Part shown: positions 18,266-29,048 of the stretch, in pieces
Position numbering within the stretch: the first letter of the stretch is position 1
How the letters are laid out: every line of letters begins with the position of its first letter
From: an uncultured Acidobacteriota bacterium
GTDB taxonomy: Bacteria > Acidobacteriota > Thermoanaerobaculia > Multivoradales > UBA5704
Assembly (NCBI GenBank): GCA_963770895.1
Contig: CAVYRF010000001.1
Span: forward strand, 480,001 to 544,000
Reading direction: 5' to 3'
DNA length: 64,000 nucleotides
Notes under the pieces: generated by a model
The model's database searches: none
The model's input: only the letters and a program-made list of their open reading frames with translations
What the model was told of the DNA's origin: nothing
Translations under genes and position numbers: made by a program

Positions 18266-19245
18266 GCGAGATCACCATGCTGGAAGCCATCCGCCAGGCG
18301 ATGTGGGATGAGATGGAAGGCGACCTGCGCGTCTTCCTGCTGGGCCAGGACGTGGGCACCTACGGCGGGCCGTTCCGGGTCACCGCCGGGATGCTGGACC
18401 GCTTCGGCCCCGAGCGGGTGATCGACACGCCGATCAGCGAATCGGCCATGGTCGGCACGGCGATCGGCGCCGCCATGATGGGCATGCGGCCGATCGTGGA
18501 GATGCAGTTCATCGATTTCATCTCCTGCGCCTTCAACCAGATCATCAACTTCGCCGGTCCCAACCACTACCGCTGGGGCCAGCGGGTGCCGCTGGTGATC
18601 CGCGGGCCGGCGGGCGGCAACGTCCACGGGTCGGCTTTCCACAGCCAGAATCCCGAGTCGTACTTCCAGCACACGCCGGGTCTCAAGATCGCGGTGCCGG
18701 CGACCGTCGCCGACGCCTACGGCCTGCTGCGGGCGGCCATCCAGGACCCCAACCCGGTGCTGTACTTCGAGCACAAGTACCTCTACCGGCGGATCAAGGA
18801 TGAGCTGCCGGCGGACCGGGACGCGGCGGTGGTGCCGCTGGGCAAGGCGCGCCTGGCGCGCGCCGGGCGCGACCTGTCCGTCATCACCTACGGTGCTATG
18901 CTGCACGTGGCGCTGGAGGCGGCCGAACGCCTCGCCGGTCAGGACGGCATCGATCTTGAAATCCTTGACCTGCGCACCATCAAGCCTCTCGACGAAGAGG
19001 CGATCCTGGCGACGGTGCGCCATACCCACCGGGTGCTGGTCCTTACCGAAGAGCAGTTGAGCGGCTCGGTGGCAGGGGAAGTGGCGGCCCGCATCGGCGA
19101 GCGCGCCTTCGCGTGGCTCGACGGGCCGGTGCACCGGCTCTGCTGTCCCGACACGCCGGTGCCCTACAGCCCCACACTTGAAGAGGCGTATCTGCCTGAC
19201 GTCGAAAAGCTCGTCGCCCGCGTGCGCGAGCTGGCAAGCTACTGA
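18262..19245 (+). CDS. 2-oxoacid dehydrogenase E1 beta subunit
   Basis: DTPISE, EMQFIDF, HSQNPE, FEHKYLY, DLRTIKPLD. Confidence 0.93.
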   Translation: MSEITMLEAIRQAMWDEMEGDLRVFLLGQDVGTYGGPFRVTAGMLDRFGPERVIDTPISESAMVGTAIGAAMMGMRPIVEMQFIDFISCAFNQIINFAGPNHYRWGQRVPLVIRGPAGGNVHGSAFHSQNPESYFQHTPGLKIAVPATVADAYGLLRAAIQDPNPVLYFEHKYLYRRIKDELPADRDAAVVPLGKARLARAGRDLSVITYGAMLHVALEAAERLAGQDGIDLEILDLRTIKPLDEEAILATVRHTHRVLVLTEEQLSGSVAGEVAARIGERAFAWLDGPVHRLCCPDTPVPYSPTLEEAYLPDVEKLVARVRELASY

Positions 19246-19318
19246 GGCAACTGGAGGCTGGCGGCGCCCCGGCGCGCCGGCGGCCCAAGGCGGCCACCAC
19301 AACCGGAGACGGAGTGCT

Positions 19319-20924
19319 ATGGCAACGGAAGTCGTGATGCCCCAGATGGGCGAGTCGATCGCTGAGGGAACGATCACCAGGTGGCTGGTCAAGGTCGGCG
19401 ACAAGGTCGAGCGCGACCAGCCGCTGTTCGAAATCTCGACCGACAAGGTCGACGCGGAGATTCCCAGCCCCGCCGCCGGCGTCCTGCTGGAGATCCGCAA
19501 CCAGGAAGGCGAGACGGTGCCGGTCAACCAGGTCGTGGCCAAGATCGGCGCCGCCGGCGACGCCGCGGCCAGCCCGGCCGGCGCCGCCGCTCCGGCGGCC
19601 GCGCCTGCGCCCGCCGCCGCAGCCCCGGCGGCTGCTCCCGCGGCTCCGGCGGCGGCTGCCCCGGCGGCGGCGCCCGCTGCAGCCCCGGCGGCAACGCCGG
19701 CGGCCGCTGCCGCGGCTCCAGCGCGCCAGGAGGCTCCTGCCGCGGCTCCGGCTCAGGCTGCCACCCCTGCCCCTGCGGCACCGGCCCCCGCTGCCGCGGC
19801 CGCTCCTGCCACCGCGGCGGCGGCTCCGGCCCCCGCCCCGGCTCAGGCCGCTGCCCAGACCGGCGGCGAAGAGTCGGAGCAGGAACGGCTGCGCAAGTTC
19901 TCCAGCCCGCTGGTGCGCAGCATCGCCGCCAAGGAAGGCGTCGACCTGCAAGGGGTCTGCAGGCACCGGCGCCTACGGCCGGGTGACCAAGGCCGACATC
20001 CTGTCCCACCTGGAGCAGCGCGGCGCAGCCCCGGCCGGTGGCTCGGCAGCCCCGGCTCCCGCCGCCGCTGCTCAGCCCGTTGCTGCGGCGGCCCAGCCTG
20101 CCGCGGCTCCCGCCGCGGCGCCGACGCCCGCCGCCGCCAGCGCGGCCGCGGTGCCTGCCCAGCGGCCCACCGGCGGTTTCTCGGTGCCGGCCTACCTGGA
20201 AGGCGAAAACGTCGAGATCGAGCCGATGTCGAAGATCCGGCAGATCACCGCCGCCCACATGGTGTACTCCAAGGCGACCTCGGCCCACGTCACCACGCTC
20301 TTCCACTTCGACATGTCCCGCATCGCCCGCGCCCGCGCCCGCGCCAAGGACAAGTTCGCCAAGATGGAAGGCACCAAGCTCACCTACATGCCCTTCATCT
20401 TCAAGGGCGTCGTCAACGGCCTCAAGGCCCACCGCAAGGTCAACGCCTCGATCGACGGCACCAACATCGTCTACAAGAACGACATCAACCTGGGCATGGC
20501 CGTCGACCTGGGCCACGGCCTGATCGTGCCGGTGATCAAGCACGCCGACCGCCTCAACCTGGTCGGCCTGGCCAAGGCCGCCAACGACCTGGCCGACCGC
20601 GCCCGCAACAAGAAGCTGAAGCCCGAGGAGGTCCAGGGCGGCACCTTCACCATCACCAACCCCGGCGTCTTCGGCAGCCTGTTCGGCACCCCGATCATCA
20701 ACCAGCCCCAGGTCGCCATCCTGGGCGTCGGCGCCATCGAAAAGCGCCCGGTGGTGGTCGAAGACCAGGACGGCAACGACACCCTGGCGATCAAGACCAT
20801 GTGCTACTTCGGCATCACCTACGACCACCGCCTGGTCGACGGCGCCGACGCCGACCGCTTCATGAACGACGTCAAGAAGACGCTGGAAACCGACACCTGG
20901 ACCGAGCTCGAACCCTACTCCTGA
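19319..20924 (+). CDS. Dihydrolipoamide acyltransferase (E2) with a +1 frameshift near 19958, probably a sequencing error
   Basis: Lipoyl domain EISTDKV, Ala/Pro linker, E3-binding domain broken at GVDLQGV/GTGAYGRVTKAD, catalytic DHRLVDG. Confidence 0.9.
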
Positions 20925-20935
20925 GGCCCCGCGCC

Positions 20936-21547
20936 ATGTCACAACCCGCCGATCCGGTGCCGCAGACGCCAGGCCCCGCCCGCTCTCTGGTCAACCTGGA
21001 GGGCACGGGCGGCGCGCCCACCGACCCTGCCGCGCCGTTCGGCTGCTCCCCGGCCGACCAGGCCGGGGCCTCCGGCCAGGCGGTCCCGGCCGACCCTGCC
21101 GACCCCGCCGCCGCTGCCGCCGCCGCGGACGACGGCTTGGCCCGTCGCGTCGACGGCGGCGACGGCATCTTCGTCATCCGCGGCAGCTCCACCCACCGCG
21201 ACTGGAACGGCATCCGCTACAAGACCGGCCTGTCGGCAAAGAACGTCGCCGCCAAAAACCTGTCCATGAACGTCGCCACCATCCCACCGGGCGGCGTCGC
21301 CTATGCCCACATCCACGTCGATTTCGAGGTGATGCTCTACATCCTGGTCGGCCGCGTCCGCCACGAATACGGCCCCAACCTGGCGACGTCCATCGACAAC
21401 GAAGCCGGCGACTTCATCTTCATCCAGCCCGGCATCCCGCACGAAGTCAAAAACCTCAGCGACAGCGAGCCCGTCGTCGCCGTGGTCGCCCGCTCCGACG
21501 CCAGCGAGTGGGAAAACATCATCCCCTACCCTCGCCGTCCCGCCTGA
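20936..21547 (+). CDS. Cupin-domain protein
   Basis: AHIHVDFE and GDFIFIQPGIPHEV cupin motifs. Confidence 0.8.
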   Translation: MSQPADPVPQTPGPARSLVNLEGTGGAPTDPAAPFGCSPADQAGASGQAVPADPADPAAAAAAADDGLARRVDGGDGIFVIRGSSTHRDWNGIRYKTGLSAKNVAAKNLSMNVATIPPGGVAYAHIHVDFEVMLYILVGRVRHEYGPNLATSIDNEAGDFIFIQPGIPHEVKNLSDSEPVVAVVARSDASEWENIIPYPRRPA

Positions 21548-21681
21548 GCCGCCGCACCCGCGCCGGCGGCGCCGGCCGGCTACCGTCCCGCACCGGCATC
21601 TAAAAGGGGCCGCGGTGTCGGACGGACTCCGAGGTCGGAGGCCGCCCCACGTGTTGCGGCGATCCTGGCTGCCGCCTGCCC

Positions 21682-24600
21682 CTACATGTTGCGTCGATAT
21701 TGGCCGCCGACCTGGTAGAGCGCGGCGGAGAGCTGGCCCAGCGTGCAGACCTTGCAGGCTTCCATGAGGGAGGCAAAGATGTTGGCGCCGTCCAGGGCGG
21801 CCTGCTTGAGCTGCTGCGAGGGCGAGCGGCGCGGCGGCGGCGTTGCGTTCGCGGAAGGCGTCGCGGGCGGCGATGGCGTAGTCTTTTTCTTCGGTCGTGG
21901 CGCGGATGACTTGCGGCGGTGCGACGGTGGGGGAGCCGGCGGGGTCCAGGAAGGTGTTGACGCCGATCAGCGGCAGGCGGCCGTCGTGCTTCAGGGTCTC
22001 GTAGTAGAGCGACTCTTCCTGGATCTTGGAACGCTGGTACATGCGTTCCATGGCGCCCAGCACGCCGCCGCGCTCGGACAGGGCGCGGAACTCCGCCAGC
22101 ACGGCCGCTTCCACCAGGTCGGTGAGCTCCTCGACGATAAACGAGCCTTGCGTCGGGTTTTCGTTCTTGGACAGGCCGAATTCCTTGTTGATGATCAGCT
22201 GGATGGCGAGCGCGCGGCGCACGCTCTCTTCGGTCGGGGTGGTGATCGCTTCGTCGTAGGCGTTGGTGTGCAGCGAGTTGCAGTTGTCCTGCAAGGCGAG
22301 CAGCGCCTGCAGCGTGGTGCGGATGTCGTTGAAGGCGATCTCCTGCGCGTGCAGCGACCGGCCTGACGTTTGGATGTGGTACTTGAGCTTCTGCGAGCGC
22401 TCGTTGCCGGCGTACTTGTCGCGGATGGTGCGCGACCAGATGCGCCGTGCCACCCTGCCGATCACGGCGTATTCGGGGTCCATGCCGTTGGAAAAGAAGA
22501 ACGACAGGTTGGGGGCGAAGTCGTCGATGCGCATGCCGCGCGACAGGTAGTACTCGACGAAGGTAAAGCCGTTGGCCAGCGTGAACGCCAGCTGGGAGAT
22601 CGGGTTGGCGCCGGCTTCGGCGATGTGGTAGCCGCTGATCGAAACCGAATAGAAATTGCGCACCTCTGCGCTCGATGAAATACGGCCTGGATGTCGCCCA
22701 TCAGCCGCAGGGCGAATTCGGTTGAAAAGATGCAGGTGTTCTGTGCCTGGTCTTCCTTGAGGATGTCGGCCTGCACCGTGCCGCGCACCGCCGAAAGCGT
22801 CGCGGCGCGGATCTTTTCGTAGGTTTCCCGCGGCAGCACCTCGTCGCCGGAGACGCCCAGCAACAACAGCCCCAGGCCGTCGTTGCCTTCCGGCAGCGCC
22901 CCCTGGTAGCGCGGCCTGGCCACGCCGCGGCTCTGGTAGATCTGATCGATCTTGCCTTCGACCTCTTCGATGCTGCCCTGGCCGCGGATCCACTTTTCGC
23001 ACCCCTGGTCGATGGCGGCGTTCAGAAAGAAGCCGAGCAGCATCGGCGCCGGGCCGTTGATGGTCATCGACACGGACGTCCCCGGATCGGCCAGGTCGAA
23101 GCCCGAATAGAGCTTCTTGGCGTCGTCGACCGACGCCACCGAAACGCCGGAGTTGCCCACCTTGCCGTAGATGTCGGGCCGGCGGTCGGGGTCTTCGCCG
23201 TAGAGGGTGACGGAGTCGAAGGCGGTCGACAGGCGCTTTGCCGGCAAGCCGCGCGACACGTAGTGGAAGCGCCGGTTGGTGCGCTCGGGGCCGCCTTCGC
23301 CGGCGAACATCCGCGCCGGGTCTTCGCTGTCCCGCTTGAGCGGAAAGACGCCGGCGGTGAACGGGAACTGCCCCGGCGGGGCCTCGCGCAGCAGCCAGGT
23401 CAGCAGGTCGCCCCAATCTTCGTAACGCGGCAGGGCGACCTTGGGGATCCGCAGGTGCGACAGCGGTTTCGGTCGACAGGTCCAGCTCGATGGTCTTGTC
23501 GCGCACCTGGAATTGATACTTTGCCGCGGCGTAGCGGCGCCGGGTGGTCGGCCACTCCTCGATCAGCTTGCGGTTTTCCGGGTCGAGCCGCGCTTCCTGG
23601 TCGCGATAGAGCGCGGTCAGCTCGCCGACCAGCTCGGGCTCATCCTCCACCCGTTCGGTGACCTGCACGGTGTCGGTGGGGCCCGCGGGCTCGACTATTT
23701 CGAGCCGCCGGCGGCCGACGTTTTCGCGCAGCAGCTCGATGGCGCCGCGCAGCTGGTACATGCGGCGCGCGACGGCCGCCTGCTCGCGGACGTGGTGATC
23801 GTAGGCTTCGCAGGTTTCGGCGATTTCCGCCAGGTAGCGCGTGCGGTCCGGCGGGATGATGAAGCGGCGCTCGAGCGGCGCGGCGGCTGCCGGCGCGGCG
23901 CCGGCTGTCGCCGGGGCGCCGGCGCTGGAGCCGGCCGGAGAGCCGGCGGGGCGCCGCAGGACCTGCATCAGCACCTCGTAGAGCTGATTCATGCCGGGAT
24001 CGTTGAACTGCGAGGCGACGGTGCCGTAGACCGGCACCTCTTCGTCCGCCACGGCGAAGGCGTTGTGGTTGCGGCGCCACTGCTTCCTGACGTCGCGCAG
24101 CGCGTCGAGCGAGCCGCGCTTGTCGAACTTGTTGATCGCGATGACGTCGGCGAAGTCCAGCATGTCGATCTTTTCGAGCTGGGTGGCGGCGCCGTATTCG
24201 GCGGTCATGACGTAGAGCGACGCGTCGGCGTGGTCGGTGATCTCGGTGTCGGACTGGCCGATGCCCGACGTTTCGACAACGATGAGGTCGAAGCCGGCGG
24301 AGCGGCAGACCTCGATCGCTTCGCCGACGTGCTTGGACAGCGCCAGGTTGGCCTGCCGGGTCGCCAGCGAGCGCATGTAGACGCGCGGATCGTCGATCGC
24401 GTTCATGCGGATGCGGTCGCCCAGAAGAGCGCCGCCGGACTTGCGTTTGGAAGGGTCGACCGACAGCAGGGCGATGGTCTGGCCGGTGGTGTCGGAGAGG
24501 AACCGGCGGACCAGCTCGTCGACCACGCTGGACTTGCCGGAGCCGCCCGTGCCGGTGATGCCGAGCACCCGCGGCAGGGCGCCGCCGTTGCCGTTGCGCG

Positions 24601-25183
24601 CCGGCAGCGCGGCGAGCTGGGCGCGCAGGCGGTCGCCGGCTTCGGGGAAGTTTTCGGCGATGGTGATGAGGCCGCCGATCGTCGCCGGGTCGCGCTCGGG
24701 GAGGCGCGCCAGCAGGGGGGCGAAATCGGGGCACCGCTTCTCGAAGTCGCAGCGCGTCAGGACGTCGTCGATCATCCCCTGCAAGCCCATGGCGCGGCCG
24801 TCGTCGGGCGTGTAGAGGCGCGCCACGCCGTAGGCCTGCAGCTCCTCGACCTCGCCGGGCAGGATCGTGCCGCCGCCGCCGCCCACCACCTGGACGCGGG
24901 CGCCGGCTTCGCGCAGCAGGTCGATCATGTACTTGAAGTACTCGACGTGACCGCCCTGGTAGGAGGTGATGGCGATCCCCTGCACGTCCTCCTGGATGGC
25001 GCAGCGCACGATCTCGCCGACCGAGCGATTGTGCCCGAGGTGGATGACTTCGGCGCCGGCTGCCTGCAGCAGCCGGCGCATGACGTTGATCGCGGCGTCG
25101 TGGCCGTCGAACAGCGAAGCCGCGCTGACGATGCGGACGTGGTGGCGCAGCTCGTGGCGCGGCTCTGCGGAGACTGTTTTCAC
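21682..25183 (-). CDS. icmF: Fused isobutyryl-CoA mutase/MeaB GTPase, with frameshifts near 23465, 22670-22686 and 21817
   Basis: B12-binding [18 protein letters not shown], mutase [30 protein letters not shown]-terminus [11 protein letters not shown] reconstructed across frames. Confidence 0.92.
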
Positions 25184-25605
25184 GATGGATCACCTTGGGT
25201 TATCAGCATGCCGTCGGCGCTGGGCGACTGGGCGATCTCCCAGCGGTTGCCGTCGGGATCGGTCAGCAGAAAGCTCCGCTCCCCCCAGGGGTGGTCCTTG
25301 GGAGGGCCGCTCACCGCGAGCGGGAAGCGGTCCGCCATCGCCGCCAGGTGCCGGTGCACCCCGTCGACGTCGCCCACCGTGACGCCGAAGGCGCAGGCGT
25401 CGCGGTCCGCCGCGGCACGGAACACCCGCGCCGACGCGCCGACCGGTTTGAAGAACGCCACCCTGAACTTCGACGGCAGGACGAATTCAGCGAACATGTC
25501 GTTGTGGAAATGGGGCGTGACGTCAAAAGCCTCACCGAAGAACCGCACCATGCGGGGCACGTCGGCGCTGGCCAGGACCACATGCGAGCAGGCGAGCACG
25601 GACAC
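25180..25605 (-). CDS. VOC/glyoxalase family protein
   Basis: HVVLASADV and PWGERSFLLTDPDGNRWEI; 4-nt overlap with the icmF start. Confidence 0.8.
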   Translation of the reverse strand: MSVLACSHVVLASADVPRMVRFFGEAFDVTPHFHNDMFAEFVLPSKFRVAFFKPVGASARVFRAAADRDACAFGVTVGDVDGVHRHLAAMADRFPLAVSGPPKDHPWGERSFLLTDPDGNRWEIAQSPSADGMLITQGDPS

Positions 25606-25721
25606 CGCGCAATATCCTATCGCTGATCCGGGCCAGGCGGGGTGGTGGGGTAGCGGGGTATCGGAGGTGGGGGAGCTGCGAGAGCCGTTGGCGCTCGCAG
25701 CTCCTGGGCGTCTGCCGCCGG

Positions 25722-26096
25722 TCAGCAGGAAAAGTTGGTCTGCGGTTCGGCGCCGCAGCCTTTCCTGCAGGCTGTTTCTGCCCCGAAGCACGGCCCATAG
25801 CAGGTAAGTTTGCCGTCGCATTGCAGCACGCAACTGTTGTACAGGGTCGTACAGGTGTTGATGCAGGACTCCCAGGCATTGACAGCGGTGCAGGTGTGGG
25901 TCTGTCCGCAGCAGGTAACCTCCATGGAAGAGCTCGAACAGGTTCCCGACGCGGTCGTGCACATCAGCGTGGCTCCGCCTGAGCAGGTCGCAGTGCACGT
26001 CTCCGTCGCCGAAAGCACCGGCGCGTTGCGCCCGAACGCCAGCAGAACGACGCTCAACACCCCCAGCATCCCTACCAGCTTCTTGGTCGATGCCAC
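25722..26096 (-). CDS. Secreted 16-Cys small protein containing the same 8-Cys double-hairpin module as 2223-2438
   Basis: AAGGAGG RBS before GTG, signal peptide, CINTCTTLYNSCVLQCDGKLTCYGPCFGAETACRKGC. Confidence 0.8.
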   Translation of the reverse strand: MASTKKLVGMLGVLSVVLLAFGRNAPVLSATETCTATCSGGATLMCTTASGTCSSSSMEVTCCGQTHTCTAVNAWESCINTCTTLYNSCVLQCDGKLTCYGPCFGAETACRKGCGAEPQTNFSC

Positions 26097-26217
26097 AGTG
26101 CCTCCTTCGGCCAGTTCGGCCAGCGCGTAAGTTAGCGAAGTAGCAATTCTAGCTCATGTAGGGCGCCGGATCAGGCCGGACGCCATGGCGTCCGTGCGCG
26201 AGGCCGGCGGCGAGCCG

Positions 26218-28290
26218 TCAGGAGGGCGGCGGCAGGTGCGTCGCGAAGGCGCCGGCGCCGTCGGTGCCGACCGCGAGGTGGGTGGGATCGGCGGGATCGA
26301 AGGCCAGGCTGAGCGCGTCGCGGTTGAGCAGGTCGCCGTTGACGCTCTCCCAGCCGGTGCCGAGCGAGCGCCGCGACACGCCGCCCTGCCAGGCCACGTA
26401 GACGGTGTAGGGATCGGCGGTGTCGACGGCCAGGGGATGGGACTCCGTCAGGCTGAACGCAAAGTAGGGCGGCTGCAGCAGGCCGGGGAGCTGCCTCCAG
26501 GTGGCGCCGCCGTCGGCGGTGCGCCAGGTGATGCTGTCGCCGACGACCCAGACGACGTCAGAGTCCTGGGGCGCCACCGCGACGGCGCGCAGGTCGGTGT
26601 TCGCGGTGTCGGTAAAGGCGCCGCTCAGCACCTGGTCCCAGGTGGCGCCCTGATCGCTGCTGCGGAAGGCGCCGGTGCCGGCGACCGCCCAGACCGCGCC
26701 GGGGGCGGCGGGCGTGGCGGGTATGCCGGGGGCGGCAGGCGTGCCGAGGCCGGCGGGCGCGATGGCGAGGCTCAGGAAGTCGAGCGCCGGAAGCGCCGTC
26801 CGCTGCCAGGTCTGGCCGCCGTCGGCGGAGCGGTAGACTCCCTGGCCGCCGGCGTTTTCGACCAGGGCGTCCTCGGCGGCCAGGTAGACCACCTGCGAGT
26901 CGGCGGGATCGACGGCCAGGTCCGCGATCTCGATCCCCTGGTACGGCGAGGCGGCCGGCTGCGGATAGGGGAGAGGCGTCCAGGTGTCGCCGCCGTCGGT
27001 CGTCTTCCACAGCAGGGTGGGGGCGACGCCGGGCGGCAGATGGGCGCTGGCATAGAGCGTCGCCGGGTGCGCGCCGTCGACCGCCAGCGCGGTGATGCCG
27101 GTCGGCGCCGATAGAACCAGCTGCCAGGTCTTGCCGCCGTCGAGCGAGCGCGACACGCCGGCGCCGCTGGCTCCGAGAAACGTGGTGCCGCAAAAGAGCG
27201 TGCCGGCGGTGCCGAAGGCGAGGACGGTGACGTGGGTATTGACCAGGCCGGCGGCAGCGGTTTCGATGGCCCAGCTGCCGCCGCCGTCGGCGCTGCGGAA
27301 GAAGGCCCCCGCGCCGCTCGTGGCGTAGAGGAGCGTCGCCGGCTGCGAGCCGTCGACGGCCAGCGCGATGCTCACCAGGTTACCCGGCAGATCCGCCGTC
27401 AGCGGCTGCCAATGGCGGCCGTCGTCGGTCGTCTTGTAGAGCGCCGCCGGGTGCTGCACCGACCCGTCGGCATAGCTTTCGACGTAGGCCGTCTGCGGCT
27501 GCCCGGGATCGAGCACCAGCCCGAGAGCCCCGCCCGGCGGAAAGTAGTCCTCCCACGTCGCGCCCTGGTCCCGGCTGCGCTGCACGAAACCCCCCTTGAA
27601 AAGATAGACGAACGCCGGCCGCCGCGGGTCGCCGACCAGCTTGTCGGGCACGCCGCGCAGCCGCCGGAGCCAGGTCGCGCCGCCGTCGCCGCTGACGAAA
27701 AAGCCCGAGTTGCTGTAGCTTTTGATCCCGGCGTACAGGATGCGCGAGTTGCCGGCGTCGACCGCCAGCGCCGTCACCGCAAAAGTCCGCGGCAACCCGG
27801 CGCCGCCCACCCGCCGCCAGGCGTCGCCGCGGCTGCGGCTGACGAACAGCCCGGCATCGGTCCCCGCATACACCAGGGACGGATCGGAAGGCGCCGGCGC
27901 GAACGCCCCCAGCTGGCTGCCCGGCACCGTCAGCTCGCTCCAGGTTTCCCCGCCGTCCTGGCTGCGCACCAGCTGGCAGACGTCGTTGCTCGCATAGACC
28001 AGGCTGCTGGCCAGCGGATGCACGACGATGCCGCCGACCGCGGGATCGGTCAGGCCGGCATTGGCGCCCTGCCAGGTCACGCCGCCGTCGGCGCTGCGCG
28101 CGATCCCCGCCGCGCCCAGAGTGACGAACGCGACCGCCGGCTGCCGCGGACCGAACGCCGCGCTGGTCACCACCGGCGGCCCCGGAGGCCCCACGGACGT
28201 CCAAGCCGGCCCCCCCTGCGCCCACAGCGCGGCGCCCGGCAAGAGCACCCCTGCCAGCGGCAGGGCGAAGAGAAGGGGTGCGGTTCGCAT
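26218..28290 (-). CDS. Secreted BNR/Asp-box beta-propeller protein (Vps10/GH74-like repeats)
   Basis: Signal peptide and many SxDGGxTW Asp-boxes. Confidence 0.85.
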   Translation of the reverse strand: MRTAPLLFALPLAGVLLPGAALWAQGGPAWTSVGPPGPPVVTSAAFGPRQPAVAFVTLGAAGIARSADGGVTWQGANAGLTDPAVGGIVVHPLASSLVYASNDVCQLVRSQDGGETWSELTVPGSQLGAFAPAPSDPSLVYAGTDAGLFVSRSRGDAWRRVGGAGLPRTFAVTALAVDAGNSRILYAGIKSYSNSGFFVSGDGGATWLRRLRGVPDKLVGDPRRPAFVYLFKGGFVQRSRDQGATWEDYFPPGGALGLVLDPGQPQTAYVESYADGSVQHPAALYKTTDDGRHWQPLTADLPGNLVSIALAVDGSQPATLLYATSGAGAFFRSADGGGSWAIETAAAGLVNTHVTVLAFGTAGTLFCGTTFLGASGAGVSRSLDGGKTWQLVLSAPTGITALAVDGAHPATLYASAHLPPGVAPTLLWKTTDGGDTWTPLPYPQPAASPYQGIEIADLAVDPADSQVVYLAAEDALVENAGGQGVYRSADGGQTWQRTALPALDFLSLAIAPAGLGTPAAPGIPATPAAPGAVWAVAGTGAFRSSDQGATWDQVLSGAFTDTANTDLRAVAVAPQDSDVVWVVGDSITWRTADGGATWRQLPGLLQPPYFAFSLTESHPLAVDTADPYTVYVAWQGGVSRRSLGTGWESVNGDLLNRDALSLAFDPADPTHLAVGTDGAGAFATHLPPPS

Positions 28291-28386
28291 CTCTGCACTA
28301 TGCCAAGACATGCTATGCATGTCAAGTCGAGGCACATCTCCACCTGGTCGAGTCGGAACGATGGCGCGGGGCGGCGGCCTGGCCGG

Positions 28387-28406
28387 GTACGTCGATGACG
28401 TACACT
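28387..28406 (+). promoter_or_regulatory. Palindromic operator and -10 box of the RelE/XRE toxin-antitoxin locus
   Basis: GTACGTC-GAT-GACGTAC (28387-28403) overlapping TACACT (28401-28406). Confidence 0.65.
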
Positions 28407-28422
28407 CGACAGTGTGAGCGGC

Positions 28423-28484
28423 GTGCACTTCGTCGAGACTCCGACCTTCCGCCGATTCTGCGCACCTCGATCAAGGAGCTGTGA
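28423..28484 (+). pseudogene. RelE/HigB toxin remnant with an internal deletion
   Basis: GTG-HFVETPTFRRF resembles a RelE N-terminus; it is joined out of frame to LRTSIKEL*, whose TGA overlaps the antitoxin ATG. Confidence 0.6.
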
Positions 28485-28855
28485 TGAACAAAAAGCATTT
28501 CGGCGAGATGCTGGGTTCGCTCGATGAGGCCGTCGAGATCGCCAGCCGCAGCCGGAAGCCCGCCAGGGCCTACACTCTGAGCGAGCCGGATGCGCGCGCG
28601 ATCCGGCGGTCGCTGGGCCTGACGCAGGTGGAGTTTGCGGCGCTCCTCGACGTTCCGGTGACGACCATTCAGGGGTATGAGCAGGGGCGGCGCGCACCCG
28701 ATGCGCCAGCCCGCACTCTGCTGCGTGTCGCTCTGGCAGCTCCAGAGGTTCTGCGGAGCATCCACGCTGAAAGGAAAATCGCGAAAGCCGCTGGCTCGCC
28801 GGGTCAGCCACGCGGCAAGGCCGAGCCGGCCGGCGCCCACCGCTCCAGGCCCTGA
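28484..28855 (+). CDS. XRE-family HTH antitoxin (HigA/NadS-like)
   Basis: FGEMLGSLDEA...IRRSLGLTQVEFAALLDVPVTTIQGYEQGRRAPDAPARTLL. Confidence 0.85.
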   Translation: MNKKHFGEMLGSLDEAVEIASRSRKPARAYTLSEPDARAIRRSLGLTQVEFAALLDVPVTTIQGYEQGRRAPDAPARTLLRVALAAPEVLRSIHAERKIAKAAGSPGQPRGKAEPAGAHRSRP

Positions 28856-28872
28856 TCTCCCTGGTGGCCGGG

Positions 28873-28943
28873 GTTGCCCCGATCGCGACGCGCCTGGCGG
28901 CGCGTGCGCGATCGCGGCCGGGGGGGCGGGCGAGGCGTCTTGC
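28873..28943 (-). repeat. Dispersed hairpin repeat, copy 3 (inverted)
   Basis: Reverse complement GCAAGACGCCTCGCCCGCCCCCCCGGCCGCGATCGCGCACGCGCC-GCCA-GGCGCGTCGCGATCGGGGCAAC aligns to copies 1 and 2. Confidence 0.8.
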
Positions 28944-29048
28944 CACGCAGGGAAGCTAGCGGTTGGGCGGCCCCCAGCCAATTGATACCAGCGCTGTTGC
29001 ATGACACCACGGGTCGGAGCCTCCATCCAGATGTGGCACCTCGCAGTG

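Noticed and set aside
19560-19860. Ala/Pro repeat tract as a novel repeat element
   Set aside because: Normal flexible linker of E2 acyltransferases.
19178-21547. 789-aa ORF that appears to fuse a lipoyl domain to a cupin
   Set aside because: Artefact of the +1 insertion near 19958; E2 ends at 20924 and the cupin has its own ATG at 20936.
20939-25183. Programmed frameshifting or a new 1414-aa icmF variant
   Set aside because: No slippery sites; simple insertions explain every break and the normal IcmF C-terminus ends at 21682.
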